Origin: Mobula hypostoma
Lineage: Eukaryota
Reading direction: 5' to 3'
Length of the DNA: 64,000 nucleotides
Assembly (NCBI RefSeq): GCF_963921235.1
Contig: NC_086107.1
Location: 113,276,001 to 113,340,000, forward strand
Every line of letters starts with the position of its first letter. Positions within the stretch are counted from its first letter, which is position 1. The notes below the pieces were generated by a model. The model was not told the origin of the DNA and searched no databases. It was given only the letters and a program-made list of their open reading frames with translations. Below, piece after piece: positions 63,366 to 64,000 of this stretch. Made by a program: the position numbers and the translations under genes.

Positions 63366-64000
63366 CACAGGAAATTCACAGGGCATGTTTCTGCACTGTA
63401 TGTTGCATGAAGGCCACTGAGTGTATGTTGGTCTTCTGCTGCCGTAGCCCATCCACTTTAAAATTCGACACGTTGTGTGTTAAAGGGCATCTCTAAGCAC
63501 ATGTCTGTTGTCACCTTCCTGTCATCTTCAACCAGTCTGGCCATTCTCCTCTGATCTCTCTCATTTACAAGGTGTTTCCACCCACAGAGCTGCCACTCAC
63601 TGGATGTTTTTTGCTTTTTTTGCACCATTCTCTGTAAACCCTATAGAGACTGTTGTGCATGAAAACCCCAGGAGATCAGCAGTTTCTGAGATACTCTGAC
63701 CACCCTATCTGGCACCAACAATCATTCCACGGTCAAAGCCACTTAAATCACATTTCTTCCCCATTCTGATGTTTGGCCTGAACAACAACTGAACCTCTTG
63801 ATCATGTCTGCATATTTTTTGAGCATTAAGCCGCTGCCATGTGATTGGCTGATTAGATATTTGCATTAAGAAGGAGTGCAGGTGTACCTAATAAAGTGGC
63901 CACTGACTGTACAGTACTGTGCAAAAGTCTTAAGCATGTATATAAATGATATCGTATCTGTTAAATAGGGGCAGTGGATATTTCTGATTTGATGGAGAAT

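Overview
Repeat-saturated vertebrate genomic DNA. The repeats (CR1/HER1-type LINEs, V-domain/HE1-type SINEs, Penelope-like elements, Rex1, Tc1, hAT) suggest a cartilaginous fish, probably a ray; this is inference. Almost every ORF in the supplied track is transposon debris or spurious. Reading splice signals by eye reveals two minus-strand host genes that the ORF track does not annotate as genes. (1) The last two exons of a TMPRSS6/matriptase-2-like serine protease (61099-60963, 56090-55932). (2) About 37 kb downstream, a secretin/VIP/glucagon-superfamily prepro-hormone gene: TATA box 19214-19208, non-coding exon 1 ending at 19126, signal-peptide exon 14105-14013, then three phase-2 exons (10298-10194, 6008-5886, 415-293), each with a dibasic site followed by a His-initiated peptide. 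The gene runs off the left edge. Spliced product: MAGRPWLKVQILLMVAFILQVAQSFPTARRHKR-HSDSLFTSELSKVRGRTAARNFLNSILGAQTSSTAKKVKR-HLQHWDDMTHRGLTITLQDMKEFLSAFRSPERGEAAELFVRR-HDIPTEPKRQHIPHHRAHPCMKWFYIYYLAK(R/S)... The first peptide is secretin-like. The other two match nothing I recognise. Intron 1 holds a 2.26-kb palindrome made of two Penelope-like 3' ends, with a 14-bp target-site duplication and minimal hammerhead-ribozyme motifs; related motifs and short fold-back derivatives recur across the window. All calls come from reading the sequence; no searches were run, and repeat boundaries without TSDs are approximate.
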